Source: Eledone cirrhosa (lineage: Eukaryota). From it: a DNA stretch of 64,000 nt. Shown here one piece after another: positions 1-12,322 of the stretch. Both the position numbers and the translations under genes were made by a program. The notes beneath the pieces were generated by a model. The model was not told the origin of the DNA and did no database searches. It saw nothing but the letters and a program-made list of their open reading frames with translations. The stretch is from NCBI GenBank assembly GCA_964016885.1, contig OZ024743.1:311984001-312048000 (forward strand), read 5' to 3'. Position 1 is the first letter of the stretch. Every line of letters begins with the position of its first letter.

Positions 1-5
1 TGCAA

Positions 6-989
6 ATGAGGCCGGAGAGAATCTCCAAAATACCCGAAAGAGTCGTCATCGACGACAACAACAAAATAAACATGTCGGTAGAAGGACGAAAAATTCATTG
101 CTTTCGCTGTGGTAGCACAGCACACCTAAAAGCCTCCTGTCCTTCACAAACACACCACTACAAGATCATTAAAAAACACTATTACCAATACCAACACCAA
201 AACAACTGCCACCACCACTACAAGTACGACGACAGACGAAATGAGCAACCACACCAAAACAAACAGCCACTCAACCAACAACAACAGAAAAATCAGAGAC
301 AACACCCCTGAAGAACACAGCCCCATCCCATCCCACTCCATCAAACACTACCACAAACACACACACCGAAACACTACCACCACACTCCTGACGATGATTA
401 TTCATCGACGGATGAAGCTGCTTCTCCTTCTTTAAGTGAAGAAGAGGGAGAGCCGCGGAAATCTAAAAAACAAAAAAAGAGACACCACAAAACCCCCAAA
501 ACTCCAATCACCAACACCAACACCAACACCAACACACAACCACAAACAACAACACAAACAACACCACAGTCAAACATCCCCCTACCAGCAAAACCAACAC
601 CAACACCACCCCAAACACAAGCACTCGCCATAAAAAGAAAACTCCCAGACGAGCAACAAACTAAAACAACACAACAAAAACACAAACAGCAATACGCATA
701 TATCAACACAAACAACAAGAGTTTGATGGAGGTCATCTCCCAAAACCCCAAGGTGGAGACGGAGGGCAAAACTTTCGTCAAGGCAGAATCGTCTCCACAC
801 CTTAAACTTATAAGGGTTTCTATGGAAACCTATAATGACCTGAAAAATAAATGTTCACAGGACGTGGGCAACCCCTGTCAGAAACCCATCAACCGCGTCC
901 TGTTAAAATGTTTCCCCACCCCACCCAACACCCCATCCAGCACCCAAATGGAGATTGAACAACCCGATCTCCAGGAAACGAAAAGGTAA
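6..989 (+). pseudogene. ORF1 (gag-like nucleic-acid-binding protein), C-terminal part, of copy 1
   Basis: CFRCGSTAHLKASC is a CX2CX4HX4C knuckle. After one TGA (309-311) the same frame stays open through a T/P/Q-rich region to TAA at 987-989. YINTNNK...VETEGKTF is conserved in copy 2. Confidence 0.75.
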
Positions 990-1030
990 GTGCACCTTTC
1001 GTCCTTTTTCGCCAACTCTTCTTCACCAAC

Positions 1031-4000
1031 ATGGCTAGTTTACGAGTTGGAAGCATGAATGTGCGTGGCCTAGGGATGCCCTTGAAACAGGGCCAACTTT
1101 TAAACGACCTTAGGTCACACGGTATGGATGTGATAGCCATCACCGAGTCCAGGATCCACAACAGGCAGCAAGTAACCCCCATCTCCGACGACTTTGAGAT
1201 CTACGCATCTCACTGTCAGCCAGGGGGTGGAGGGGGAGTGGCTGTCATGTTTCGGAAGAACCTGGACGTCGAAGTACAGCAAGTACACTTGGACCCGGAG
1301 GGTAGACTGGTAGTCCTAGACGTGAACAGTATTGGAGGTGGAGCCTTCAGACTGGTGGCCACTTATGCCCCGACCGGGCAATCGCAATCACAGCCAGACT
1401 TCTTTAAGCATCTAGAGTATTTTCTGGGAACGTCTCGCTCTTCACTTTTAGTGGGGGACTGGAATGGTATCCTAAATGCACGATGGGACTATGTGGGAGC
1501 ATGTCCCAGTAGAGGGGGGTGTAACAGCCTCAAAACTTTAATCGGCCAATTCCAACTGGCTGATAGGTATCGACTGGATTTCCCGACTGCACCACAGTGG
1601 ACGTGGGCAAACCGCAGAGGGACATCTAGATCGTATTTAGATAGGTTCTTCATTAGAGAAAGGGACAAGGAGATGTTAAGCTGTCCACGAATGCACATGG
1701 TTGCCTATTCAGATCACAAATTAGTCGTCTGCTTAGTCAACCGTGATAGAACACATAGACAAGGACCCGGATACTGGAAGCTGAACGTGTCGTTGCCGGC
1801 ACGTAAAGCTTACAGTGAACAGATAAGTAGACTAGTCAAGCAACAGTTAACGGGAGCCATCGTCAACAATAAATGGTGGTACTCTCTCAAGAAAGCAATT
1901 AGAATAGAATCGATAGGGTTTCGCAAAGAGTTAGCCTTAGAGAAAAACAAAATAGAAAGAGAACTAATAGCCAAGGTAGAGGAGGCACTTAGAAGTGGCA
2001 ACGCGGCTAGAGTGTTAGCGTCGAGAACGGCACTGGACCAGTTCTTCGATGCGAAACCCGAAGGCTGCGTGGTCAGAAGCAAAACACGTGCTCTAGGAAA
2101 CGAAGGAGAGAAAGCTATCAACTGGGCCCGAGTGGCGCAGGCGAAAAGTGGCAACAAGTCCACGATTCGGTCTTTGAAAGGCCAAAACGGACGCGTGCTA
2201 CATGACCCCAAGCAAATGTGCGTGGCCTTTCAGCACCACTTTGCGCGACTGTTTGAGCAGAACGACGGTGAGCCGAACGGGGAAATGGACTTTAATTCAT
2301 ACCTCGACGGCCTGCCGCGTCTCTCGAACACGGACGCCGAGTTCTGCGAAAGACCGATCACGGACACTGAGATACGGGACGCTCTGGGCCGCTGCGGGAA
2401 ACGCAAGTCACCCGGTCTAGATGGTCTACCCTATGAGTTTTACATAGGTATGCCGGACTTGTTCTCTGGCATCCTCGAAGCCGTCTACTGCAATTGGCAG
2501 CAGAACGGGAGAATTCCCAGTTCTGCAGGCAAGGGTGTAGTAACGATGATCAGGAAAGACGAGAACAAGGGGGACGAAATTAACAACTTCAGGACCATAA
2601 CTCTGCTCAACACAGAATTAAAGATTTTGGCCAAGGTGCTAGCGACGAGGTTGGCACTTGTCGTCGAGAACCTGGTAGGGAAAGCGCAAGCGTGTGCAAT
2701 CCCGACCAGGTTCATCCACGACAACCTCCACCTCATGCGATACATCATAGAGAGGGTGGGTAGTAAACCCGGCTTCGGTGGGGCTCTGATCAATTTGGAT
2801 CAGTCTAAGGCATTCGATAGGGTCAACCATCGATACTTGGAAGCGGTTCTCAAGGCGGCCGGTTTCGGTTCCGTTTTCAGAGGCTGGATCGAGGCGATGC
2901 ACACCAGCATCTGCTCGAGGGTCAAGGTGAACGGCTATCTATCATAGCCGTTCGCAATCATGCGTTCCATTCGACATGGGTTCCCTCTCTCCTCCATTCT
3001 GTATGTATTGACTCTAGAGCCACTACTGCGGAAATTGGAGCTGTTGCAGGGCATCCCTCAAGAACCGGGACTGCACAAAGTGGCGTCGGCCTAAGCCGAC
3101 GACGTGACGGTAATGGTGTCGAGCACCTCGGAAATCGGGGTGATCGGCAACTTACTGAAGGAATATGAAACGCTGACGGGAGCAAAACTAAACCCGGACA
3201 AGTCTGTCGGTTTGCAACTCGGTACGTGGAGAGGCAAACCGATGATATCCGGCAGCGTCGTTGGACGCTGGACGGACGGACCGGTGAAATTACTCGGGGT
3301 CTGGTTCGGTCCAGACCTCCAGATGGAGAAAAACTGGAACGAGGTTACGGCCAAGGTGTTTGCACTCACCCAGAAGTGGGCAAAGTGCAAACTGTCCTTG
3401 AAAGGTCGAGCGAAGGTGGCGAACACTTTCATAGCGTCCGTCATCTACTACCGATTGACTGTCGTGCCTTGTCCCCGTGAACAGCTCGCCCAGATGGAAC
3501 GCATGCTCTTCCAGTTTCTGTGGAAGAAGCAGGCTCCGCTGGTGATGAGATCCGTCTGCTGTCAGCACCCTTCCAACGGAGGGCTGGGAATGCCGTGGCT
3601 GATGATGCGGAAACATGCGCTGAGGCTGCGGCATCTCCAGGTATTCCTCACCGACCTTCAACCGGCGTGGGCACCGTTTGTGAGACAGGCTTACCCACAG
3701 CTCGTCTCGCTGTCGGAGCTGCAGTCCTGGGTCAAGAAAAGACCGAAAACGATGGGCGCCTGGCACATTGAATGCGCTCAGGCGCTCACATTCCTCTGGC
3801 AAGCGGGCGCAATCAGTGGAGACTCCACTTCGACATTCTATAGAGGGATTGTACGTTACAAGGGCGACGACGTGCTCGGAGAGACTCTGGGAGTCGAAGA
3901 CGATGAGCTCACCAGTCTGTTTGGTAGGACTTTCCGCCCTATGGACAACTTCCAGAGGTCCCTGGCCTGGCAGTGCTACCGAGGAGCTCTACCGGTTCGT

Positions 4001-4468
4001 GACAAGATCTACAGGCACGGACGCCCCGGCAGGGATCCTTCCAAGAGGACGTGTCCAAGATGCGCGCAGGACATTGAAACAGTCCTGCACGCAATTGTAC
4101 ACTGCCCGGGCGTAACCGACCTGTGGAATTATGCAGAACAACTGCTGTCGCGTATGGGACAAATCCAGTTGACTGCCGAGTCCATAGTAAGGATCAAACC
4201 GCCAGCCTCTTTCAAAAACGAAAGAGAGGCGGTTTTCCTCTGTACGGTGGCTATGGTGAAAGAAGTTATATGGTGGACGAGATTGAGAGGACTGAGGACA
4301 GATGCCTTTCTCTCCGGACAACAATTGATTCCCTTCTTTAAGTATCACTTTAGAAGGAGAATCAGAGTGGAGAGAGATGCATTACACCCCAGTAAATTTA
4401 CTTAAAGGTGGGTGAAATAAGCGAAAATGGCCCGAGTGATTAGGCCTTCTCTGTTTATAAGCCTGTAG
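1031..4468 (+). pseudogene. ORF2 (APE endonuclease, reverse transcriptase, C-terminal zinc finger) of copy 1, about 1145 codons with four in-frame stops
   Basis: APE motifs SMNVRG, ITE, GDWN, SYLDRF, SDH; RT motifs KSPGLDG, LLNTELKI, LDQSKAFDRV; C-terminal CPRC...H...C. Stops at 2945, 3092 (the Y of YADD), 4403 and 4418 are in one frame. The true stop at 4466-4468 is inferred from copy 2. Confidence 0.93.
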
Positions 4469-4703
4469 GTTGAAGAAGAGAGCAAAAGGAAGAAAGGAGC
4501 ACTTGCACAACACGCTCCTGGAGTTGAGGGTTGTTCTATCGACGGGGTATTAAACAACCCATTTGTGGCGCTTCCCCCCTATTGGGGATTTCGATTGTTG
4601 TAATTGTTTGTTTTTATATTTTTTACACGACTGTATGTAAAATCCCCGGCATGTCTTTGTATTGTCCCCTTTTCTTGTGCGCCCTTGTGGCAAATAAAGA
4701 AAT

Positions 4704-4832
4704 ATATCTATCCATCTATCTATCTGTCTGTCTATCTATCAATTCGTTTCTCTATCTATCTATGTATCTATCAATCCAGTTATCTATATATCTATCTATC
4801 AATCTATCAATCCATTTATTTACTATCTATCT
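4704..4832 (+). repeat. Degenerate (TCTA)n microsatellite between the two Tx1-like copies
   Basis: tatctatccatctatctatctgtctgtctatc... read directly. Confidence 0.95.
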
Positions 4833-7800
4833 AAACAAACACACAAACACCAACACAAGCGACGCAAACAGCACAAATAAAAACACCCCCTCCTGAAAAC
4901 AAAACACCTACTACAAAACGTAAACACACACAAGAACCACAGACAAAAAACAACACAACACAACAAAAATGTTACACCTACATAAATACTAACAATAAAA
5001 CTTTAACAGACACTATATATAACACCCCTTCGGTGGAGACCGAAGGGAAAACTTTTACACACTCTTCGGAGAATCCTAATCTTAAAATGATTAGGACTCC
5101 ATGGACACACCTAAACAGTTAAAAGAAAAATTTCCTAACGAGACGAAGAAGTGAGTGATTTCTTTTCCTCTTCTTTTAACTTTTCAGCACCAACATGGCC
5201 AATATAAGAGTTGGATGTGTGAATGTACGACCTCAGGTCGCACAGTATGGATGTAGTAGCCATTTGCGAGTCCAAGATCCACAGCGATCGACAGCTGGCC
5301 CCCATCTTCGACGACTTTGAGATCTACGCATCTCTCTGTCAGCCGGGAAGTAGGGGTGGGGTTGCAGTTTTGCTGCGGAAACACCTGGACCTCGTAACAC
5401 AGACGGTACATCTGGACCCGGAGGGTCGACTGGTGGTCCTAGACGTTGACGGTAGTGAAGGTGGAGCCTTCAGGCTGGTTGCCGCATATGCCCCATCCGG
5501 GACACCGCGGCCAACTTCTTCAAACGTCTAGAGACTTTTCTGGGAACGTCCCGCTCCCTGCTGTTAGTGGGGGACTGGAATGGAATCCTAGATGCACGTT
5601 GGGACTATGTGGGAGCATGTCCCGATAGAGGGGGTGTAACAGCCTCAAACAGTTAATCGGCCGATTTGACCTGGCCGATAGATATCGACTAGATTTTCCG
5701 ACTGTGCCACTGTGGCGTGGACTAATCTCAGCGGAACATCTAGATCGTACCTAGATAGGGTTCTAGTTAGAAAGAAGGATAGGGACATGTTAAGCTGTCC
5801 ACAAATGTTCATGGTTGCCTATTCAGATCACACATTAGTGACCTGCTTAGTCAACCTTGACAAAACCCATAGACAGGGACCCGGCTACTGGAAGTTGAAC
5901 TTGTCGTTACCGACATGCAAAGCCTACAGTTAGACGCCGAGAGGGGCTATGGATTTCGGTCCATACCTCGACGGCCTACCGCGACTCTCAGACAGCGAGG
6001 CGAAGTTATGCGAAAGGCCGATTTCGGCCGCTGAGATAGGGGACGCGCTGAGCCAATGCGGCAAACGCAAATCTCCAGGTCTCGACGGTCTACCCTACGA
6101 ATTTTACGTAGCAATGTCGGACTTGTTCTCCGGTCTCCTGGAAGCGGTCTACTGCAACTGGCATCAGAACGGGAGAATTCCCAGTTCTGTGACCAAGGGC
6201 GTAGTTACGTTAGTCAGGAAGGACGAGAATAAGGGTGACGACATAGGCAACTTCCGGCCCATAACTCTGCTAAACACAGAGTTACAGATTTTGGCCAAGG
6301 TGTTGGAAAAGAGGCTGGCGCTTGTTGTCAAAAACCTGGTGGGAGAAGCGCAGACATGCGCAATCCCGACCAGATCCATACACGACAACCTCCACCTCAT
6401 GCGATACATCATAGAGAGGGTAGGGTGTAAACCCGGCTTCGGTGGGGCCCTGATCAACTTGGATCAGTCTAAGGCTTTCGATAGGGTTGACCATCGTTAC
6501 CTGGATGCGGTGCTCGAGGCGGCAGGCTTCGGACCCGTGTTCAGGGGCTGGATTGCTGCAATGCACAACAGCAACATCTGCTCAAGGGTCAAGGTGAACG
6601 GTTACCTCTCGGAGCCGTTCCATATTACGCGATCCATTCGACAGGGATGCCCTCTCTCCTCCCTTCTGTACGTACTGACTCTCGAGCCACTACTGCGGAA
6701 GCTGGAGCTATTGCAGGGCATCCCTCTGGAACCGGGACTGCGGAAAGCGGCGTCGGCCTACGCCGACGACGTGACAGTAATGGTGTCGAGCGCCTCGCAA
6801 ATCGAGAAAGTCGGCACCTTACTAAAGGAATACGAAAGTCTCACAGGAGCGAAGCTGAACCGGGACAAGTCCATCGGTTTGCAACTCGGAACGTGGAGAG
6901 GCAAACCGATGCCTTCCGATGGCGTCGTCGGACGCTGGACAGAAGGACCGGTAAAGCTGCTCGGGGTCTGGTTTGGTCCGGACCTCCAGGTGGAGAAGAA
7001 CTGGAACGAGGTGACAGCCAAGGTGTTTGCGCTCACCCAGAAGTGGGCCGAGTGCAAACTATCCTTGAAAAGTAAAGTGGAGGTGGCGAACACTTTTATA
7101 GCATCCGTCATCTACTACCGCTTGATCGTCGTACCTTGTCCAGCCAAAACGCTCACCAAAATGGAGCGCGCGATTTCCAATTCCTTTGGAAGAAACGGAC
7201 TCCTTTGGTGAGAAGATCGATCTGCTGCCAACACCCTTAAAACGGAGGGCTGGGGATGCCGTGGATGACAATGCGCAAACACGCGCTCAGGCTGCGGCAC
7301 CTCCACGTATTCCTCACCGGACAACCGGTGTGGGCCCCGTTCGTGAGGCGAGCCTTCCCACAACTCGTCTCGCTGACTGAGCTGCAGTCCTGGGTCAATC
7401 AAAGACCGAGGAAAATGGGCGACTGGCACATCGAATGTGCTCAGGCACTCACAGTCCTCTGGCAAACGAACCCGGCGATGAATGGAGACTCCACTTCGAC
7501 ATTCTATAGAGGGTTGGTCCGCAGCAGGTGCAACGACGCGCTCGGAGACCCTTCGAAAAAGATCTGTCCAAGATGCGTGCGTGACGAGGAAACCGTCGCG
7601 CACACATTTGTACACTGCCCGGGCGTTACCGACCTGTGGAGCTATGTAGAACGATTATTGTCGCGGGTGGGACCAATCCAGTTGACTACCGAGTCCATTG
7701 TCATGATCAAACCGCCCCCCTCCTTCAAAAACGAGGGAGAGGCGGTTTTCCTATGTGTTATGGCTATGGTGAAAGAGGTTATATGGTGGACGAGGTTAAA

Positions 7801-8188
7801 AGGTCTGAGGTCAGACACCTTTCTCTCCAGCGAGCAACTGATTCGTTTTTTCAAATATCATTTTGGAAGAAGAATCAGAGGTGCTGTACCCCAGCAAATT
7901 TTATAAAAGGTGGGTGAATGTAGCAAAGATGGCCCGAGTGGTTGGGCCTTCTCTCTATATAAGCCTGTAGGTTGAGGAAAAAGAGGAAGAGAGGAAGGGA
8001 GTACTCACTCTTGGTGCTCCTGGAGATGAGGGTTGTACATTTTTTCGGGGTGTGTAACACTTCCCCCCTATTGGGGATTTCAATTGTTATTTGTTATTTT
8101 ATTAATAGTTTTATTTTCATATACCTGTATGTAAACTCCCCATTTGTATTTGTCCCCTTCTTTTGTGCCCTTGTGACTAATAAAGAAA
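4833..8188 (+). mobile_element. Non-LTR retrotransposon, L1/Tx1 clade, copy 2 (5'-truncated in ORF1, internally deleted)
   Basis: ORF1 tail homologous to copy 1 (YTYINTNNKTL...SVETEGKTF); ORF2 ATG at 5195; AATAAA at 8179-8184; 3' UTR similar to copy 1. Confidence 0.92.
5195..7969 (+). pseudogene. ORF2 (APE-RT-zinc finger) of copy 2, with frameshifts and deletions
   Basis: RT core intact in ORF 5949-7211 (RQGCPLS; YADD at 6759-6770). Deletions relative to copy 1 near 5227 (about 35 bp), 5932 (about 450 bp) and 7547 (about 150 bp); frameshifts near 5510, 7170 and 7880. Confidence 0.92.
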
Positions 8189-8268
8189 TTTATCTATCTA
8201 CCCATCCATTTATCTATCTATCTATCTATCTATCTATTGATCTACCAATCTATTTATCTGTATATCTA
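8189..8268 (+). repeat. (TCTA)n microsatellite after copy 2
   Basis: tatctatctacccatccatttatctatctatctatctatc read directly. Confidence 0.95.
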
Positions 8269-8559
8269 TGAGAGACACACACCAATATTATGCTGGCAAC
8301 ATTATTGCAGATCTTGAACCTAAATAACTATAATTCATAAAAGAAGTAGAGCTAGCCTTTTCAAGAGAACAGGTGGTAAATGTGATGATAGAAATGGTAC
8401 AAAATATAGATGATGACGATGACAACGATGATGATGAAGAGGATGATGAAGTCTATGATGATAATATATACTGTGTGGCAGTAAAACCATGTGGTATTAA
8501 CAAGATTATAATAGAAAAGGTTTTAGTTGTTTAGAAGATAACCACATCTATGTCCAATG

Positions 8560-9995
8560 CCTTTCAAGTAAAATTTGGTAGACAGAAAGTGGCTTGGTGT
8601 GGTGCTTGGAAGACCTCGTAGTTCAATCAAGAGGTCAAAGATGCCATCTGAGCAAAGATGGAGGCTTACACAGCTTAGCTAGGAAATAAGTCCCCTTTCT
8701 TGCACTTGCAGTACAAGCAGGTGCAAAAGGTCACAGCAGAGACAGTAAAGGCAGTCAACATTAAGACATGGTAGGACTTGAAGTTAAGCTGCAATCCGAT
8801 TTCAGATCAGCAAATAAATTATTCTGGCAAATCATCCATCAACTTCATAATAAGTACTCCATGGCTGCTATCAAGAAGGCATCTGGAGTTCTCCTTTCTT
8901 TAGAGATGGACAGAATATTTGCTGATCTGCTAAACCATCCTCTGATGTACATGAGGTGCATTTGGGAGGATTAACCTCTGGAAGGCTAAGGTCACAAAAG
9001 CAATTAAAGGCTACTGGGGAGGATGAAATTTGGCCCGAGATGTTAAAATCCTTAAACAGAGAAGTTATTCTCTGGTTGACTTGTGTGTGCCTAGATCTCT
9101 GGAAAGGCACCTAAGCAATAGCAATCAGGAGTGATAATTTTCAAAAAGAGAGACAAGAGAGATTGCTTCAATTGTGGAAAGATCTCCTTGTTAAGCCTCC
9201 CCAGTAAAGTTTGTGCTAAGTATCTGGCAAAGTGATGTAGGGAGATTGTCTAGTCCAAGCTAGCTGATGAACAGTGCAGTTTCTATCCCAGATGCAGCAC
9301 AACCAGCCAATTATTCACACTGCGGCAGACCTTTGAGAAGTTGGATGATTATTGCCAAAAGGTGTATGCTTGCTTCATAGACCTCGAAAAGTCATATGAC
9401 AGCATTCCACAAGACCTATTGGAAAAGGTTCTGCAAGAGTATGGGATCAATAATCAGCTTCTAGTTGCTCTGATGTCTAGTACAAATGCCCTAGTATTTG
9501 TGTTCAGATAAAAGGTGCTAAATTGAAACTATTCAATGTGGTTGTCAGACTCCACAAAGAGTGCATAATGTCACCTTTCCTGTTCATAATCTTCATGGAC
9601 AGGATTGATATGCACGGCTGAGTTGGAAGTGGTATCAAGACTGGTGGGTGTAAGATCTGTAGGCTGGAATTTGCAAATGACATGTCACTATTTAACATGT
9701 CGGAGATGATCTCCAACATGCACTTAATAGGTTTGCTTCCACGTGCTGCACAACAGGAGTGAAAATCAGTGCTGCAAAGACTGAGACACTTGTCCTATCA
9801 AGGAAGCCTGCACAGTGCATTCTTCATGTGAATGGAGTTCCATGAACTCTGCTGGTCTTGCTTGGGGATTCAGCTGGATAAATTGGAGATGGTTGCTTCT
9901 GACAGGACCTACTGGAAGTATTTGAGGACTCTGCTCCTATGACCCTCTCAGGAATAAGTGGGAGGAAAAGGAGGAGGAGGAAATGGATAGATATA
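8560..9995 (+). mobile_element. Decayed RTE-clade (Expander/Rex3-like) LINE, 5'-truncated
   Basis: Broken translations: NQEVKDAI, KATGEDEIWPEMLKSL, DEQCSFYP..STTSQLFTL, CFIDLEKSYD, LEFANDM (FADD equivalent), DLQHALNRF...KISAAKTETLVLSRK, and a typical 3' end. Confidence 0.85.
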
Positions 9996-10559
9996 GATTA
10001 AAAAAAGTTTTATATTTCAATGAAAGATATTGATGGTGGCTTTACTCATTGCTTCTACTTATTTTCTAACAAAAATCATCACTGAATACTTTTGATAAAA
10101 ACTTGGACATAAAGGGATGTAACTATATGCTGCAAAGCATGTTATCCAATGTTCTACCAATACTGTCAATCTACTACCTTCGAAAGTTATATTACAGAAT
10201 TCTTCCAAATTCAAAATTATTTGAAAATCATGTGTAGATCCTTTCATTAGAAATATAGTAATGAAAGGGTTAAGAAATTTCTCATATTTTATTATAAATA
10301 GCTTACAACTCATAAATTCCTCTCCATGCACTTATTTTTTCTTCCTCTTAGTAGCATTCCTGTTTCCTAGTCTCTACATCAAATACTTTACCACATCATT
10401 TCTTTCAAGAAGTTATCTTTCTTCCTACCAAAGTGTTCCTTAAATATAAATTACACTGACCCTACAAATGTATCCCCAAACTATTAGCACTCCCTTCTAG
10501 TTTCTGTTGAACCTCCATCAGTTCTGAAGAGTGTTCCAGTTGTTTGATCAAAGGTGCAG

Positions 10560-10735
10560 CCTGCACGTGATGTTAACATGCAAGTAGCTGAATATTCCAC
10601 AGACACGTGGAGCCTTAAGACATAATTCTCAAAGATATTCAATGTGACGAACTATGTGACAAAGCTGGCTCATTGAATCTGGGATACAATACATATTTTC
10701 CAGCAGAATGAACTGGAGCAACATGAAATAAAGAG
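10560..10735 (-). mobile_element. SINE fragment, related to 23730-23840
   Basis: Shared gctga(a/g)tattcca(c/a)agaca(c/t)gtg...gctgg segment, plus the ctggagcaacatgaaat core seen at about 12210 and 20690. Confidence 0.6.
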
Positions 10736-10999
10736 CTATATGTTAAATTTTGATAGTAATTAAATAATTATTTTGATACAGACCCAGCTAAAACTAGCCC
10801 TGGTCCTATGAAACAAAAATACCTTTTTTTAAGGGTTCTTATTGAAATTAAAATCTTTCAACATAATTTTCTATACAAATCATATATTGAGTTATTAAAT
10901 AATTAATAATCTTAATAAATCCTAAAAAGTTCTTCATTAATTAGTTGAAATTGAGTTTCCTTAAAATTATATGTATGTATGATTCTGTAACTCCTGATA

Positions 11000-11252
11000 G
11001 AGTCGTAGGGGTGCCGTATTGACATATTGCATTTCTTTGGCATTTTAAGCCTGGTGGAGCCTATTCCTCTCCAAACCTGAGTACAGCAGATTTCTTCCAG
11101 GAAAAATCAACCCCAGTACTAGACTGGTACGTTCTTTATCAACCTCAAAAGTATGAAAGGCAAAGTTGACCATGGTGGAATTTGAACTCAGAGAGCCGGA
11201 ACAAATACCATAAAGCATTCCATCCGATGTTCTAATGACAATTTGCTGCCTT
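11000..11252 (-). mobile_element. tRNA-derived SINE, family A, long form with 3' extension
   Basis: B-box-like gagttcaaat on the minus strand; core ctggtac..ttttatc.accc..aag.atgaaaggcaaagt repeated about ten times in the window. Confidence 0.75.
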
Positions 11253-12049
11253 TCCTTAAAATTACAATCACTAAACTGTTATCCAATTCAAAGCACCACA
11301 CATTCAAGTAATGGACAAGCAGAAACTTAACCATTTTGATATCAACACAGTCAAAACCACTTCTGGTTCTATGAAAGAAAACCACTGATTTTAAAGGGTT
11401 CCTATTTAATTTGAAATCTTACAACATAAATATGATATTAGTTGCTACCTTAGTAATTAAATAGTTAATGATTTTAACAAATCCCTCAAAATTCTCCAAT
11501 AATTAATTAGTTGCTACCTCAGTAATGAAATAATTAATAATCTTAATAAATCCCTCAAAATTCTTCATTAATTAATGGAAATAGAATGTATTTTATTAGA
11601 AATATGGTCCCTAAATGTTTATTCAGTTTGAAGCAGCCAACAGTCAAATTATAGACAAGTAGAAAACTAAAAGTATTTTGGTGGAAGAAAAAGACAAGAC
11701 ACATCATAAATTTATCATTTATCACAACTTTACACAAGATAAAATTCTCCACTTTAATGTAAGATAATTTTTCTTTTCCAGATTTCTTCTTTGTTTTTAT
11801 TTGTTTTTGTTTTAATTTTCATTTCATTCATTTTTTTTATTTTCCTTCCATCCAAGGAATTTATACCATCTTATACCCACACTTTCAACAATGCAACAAG
11901 AATTTTAAGGTCATATCTGTGCTTAAGCAAGGGTTAGCCTTGCACACCTCATCATTAGTATGAAGTTTGTCATGAGGTCTGTAAGGCTAACCCCTGCTTT
12001 AGCTGGGAAAATGTCCTTGAACCAAGCCTGCCCCTGGTTCTATTATAAA

Positions 12050-12322
12050 AGTCTGCTGTCTCGAGCTCAGAGGCCCATCAAGACAGTGTTTATCCGTTTC
12101 CATAGCATGAAGCGACTGAGAGTACAAGACTCTCCACCGGACAGGACACCAGTCCACCACAGGGTTAAACCTCCAGATATCACTGGTACTCATTTTCAAC
12201 TGACTATACTGGAGCAACGTGAAATGAAGGGCATTACTCAAGAAAACAACACTCAACCCAGCCCAGGAATCAAACCCAAGACATTATGATCATAAGTTCA
12301 ACACACTTACCACTAAGCCACT
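12050..12322 (-). mobile_element. tRNA-derived SINE, family B
   Basis: Minus strand begins gtggcttagtggtaag...ggtttgattcctgg (A and B boxes). Related copies at 19620-19840 and 20655-20910. Confidence 0.75.

Larger units (their letters stand above)
1..4703 (+). mobile_element. Non-LTR retrotransposon, L1/Tx1 clade, copy 1 (5' end outside the window; inactivated by nonsense mutations)
   Basis: Zinc-knuckle ORF1, then APE-RT-CCHC ORF2, a 3' UTR and AATAAA at 4693-4698 running into a (TCTA)n tract. Confidence 0.93.

Noticed and set aside
1489-4348. Antisense and alternate-frame ORFs over the retrotransposon
   Set aside because: They are shadows of the GC-rich ORF2; their recurrence in copy 2 follows from sense-strand conservation.
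2945-4420. Programmed readthrough or a variant genetic code in ORF2 of copy 1
   Set aside because: The stops replace different residues (E, Y, K, V) that are sense codons in copy 2, and one destroys YADD; ordinary decay explains them.
8400-8465. Acidic (GAT)n stretch as a coding exon
   Set aside because: A short degenerate trinucleotide repeat with no supporting ORF or splice sites.
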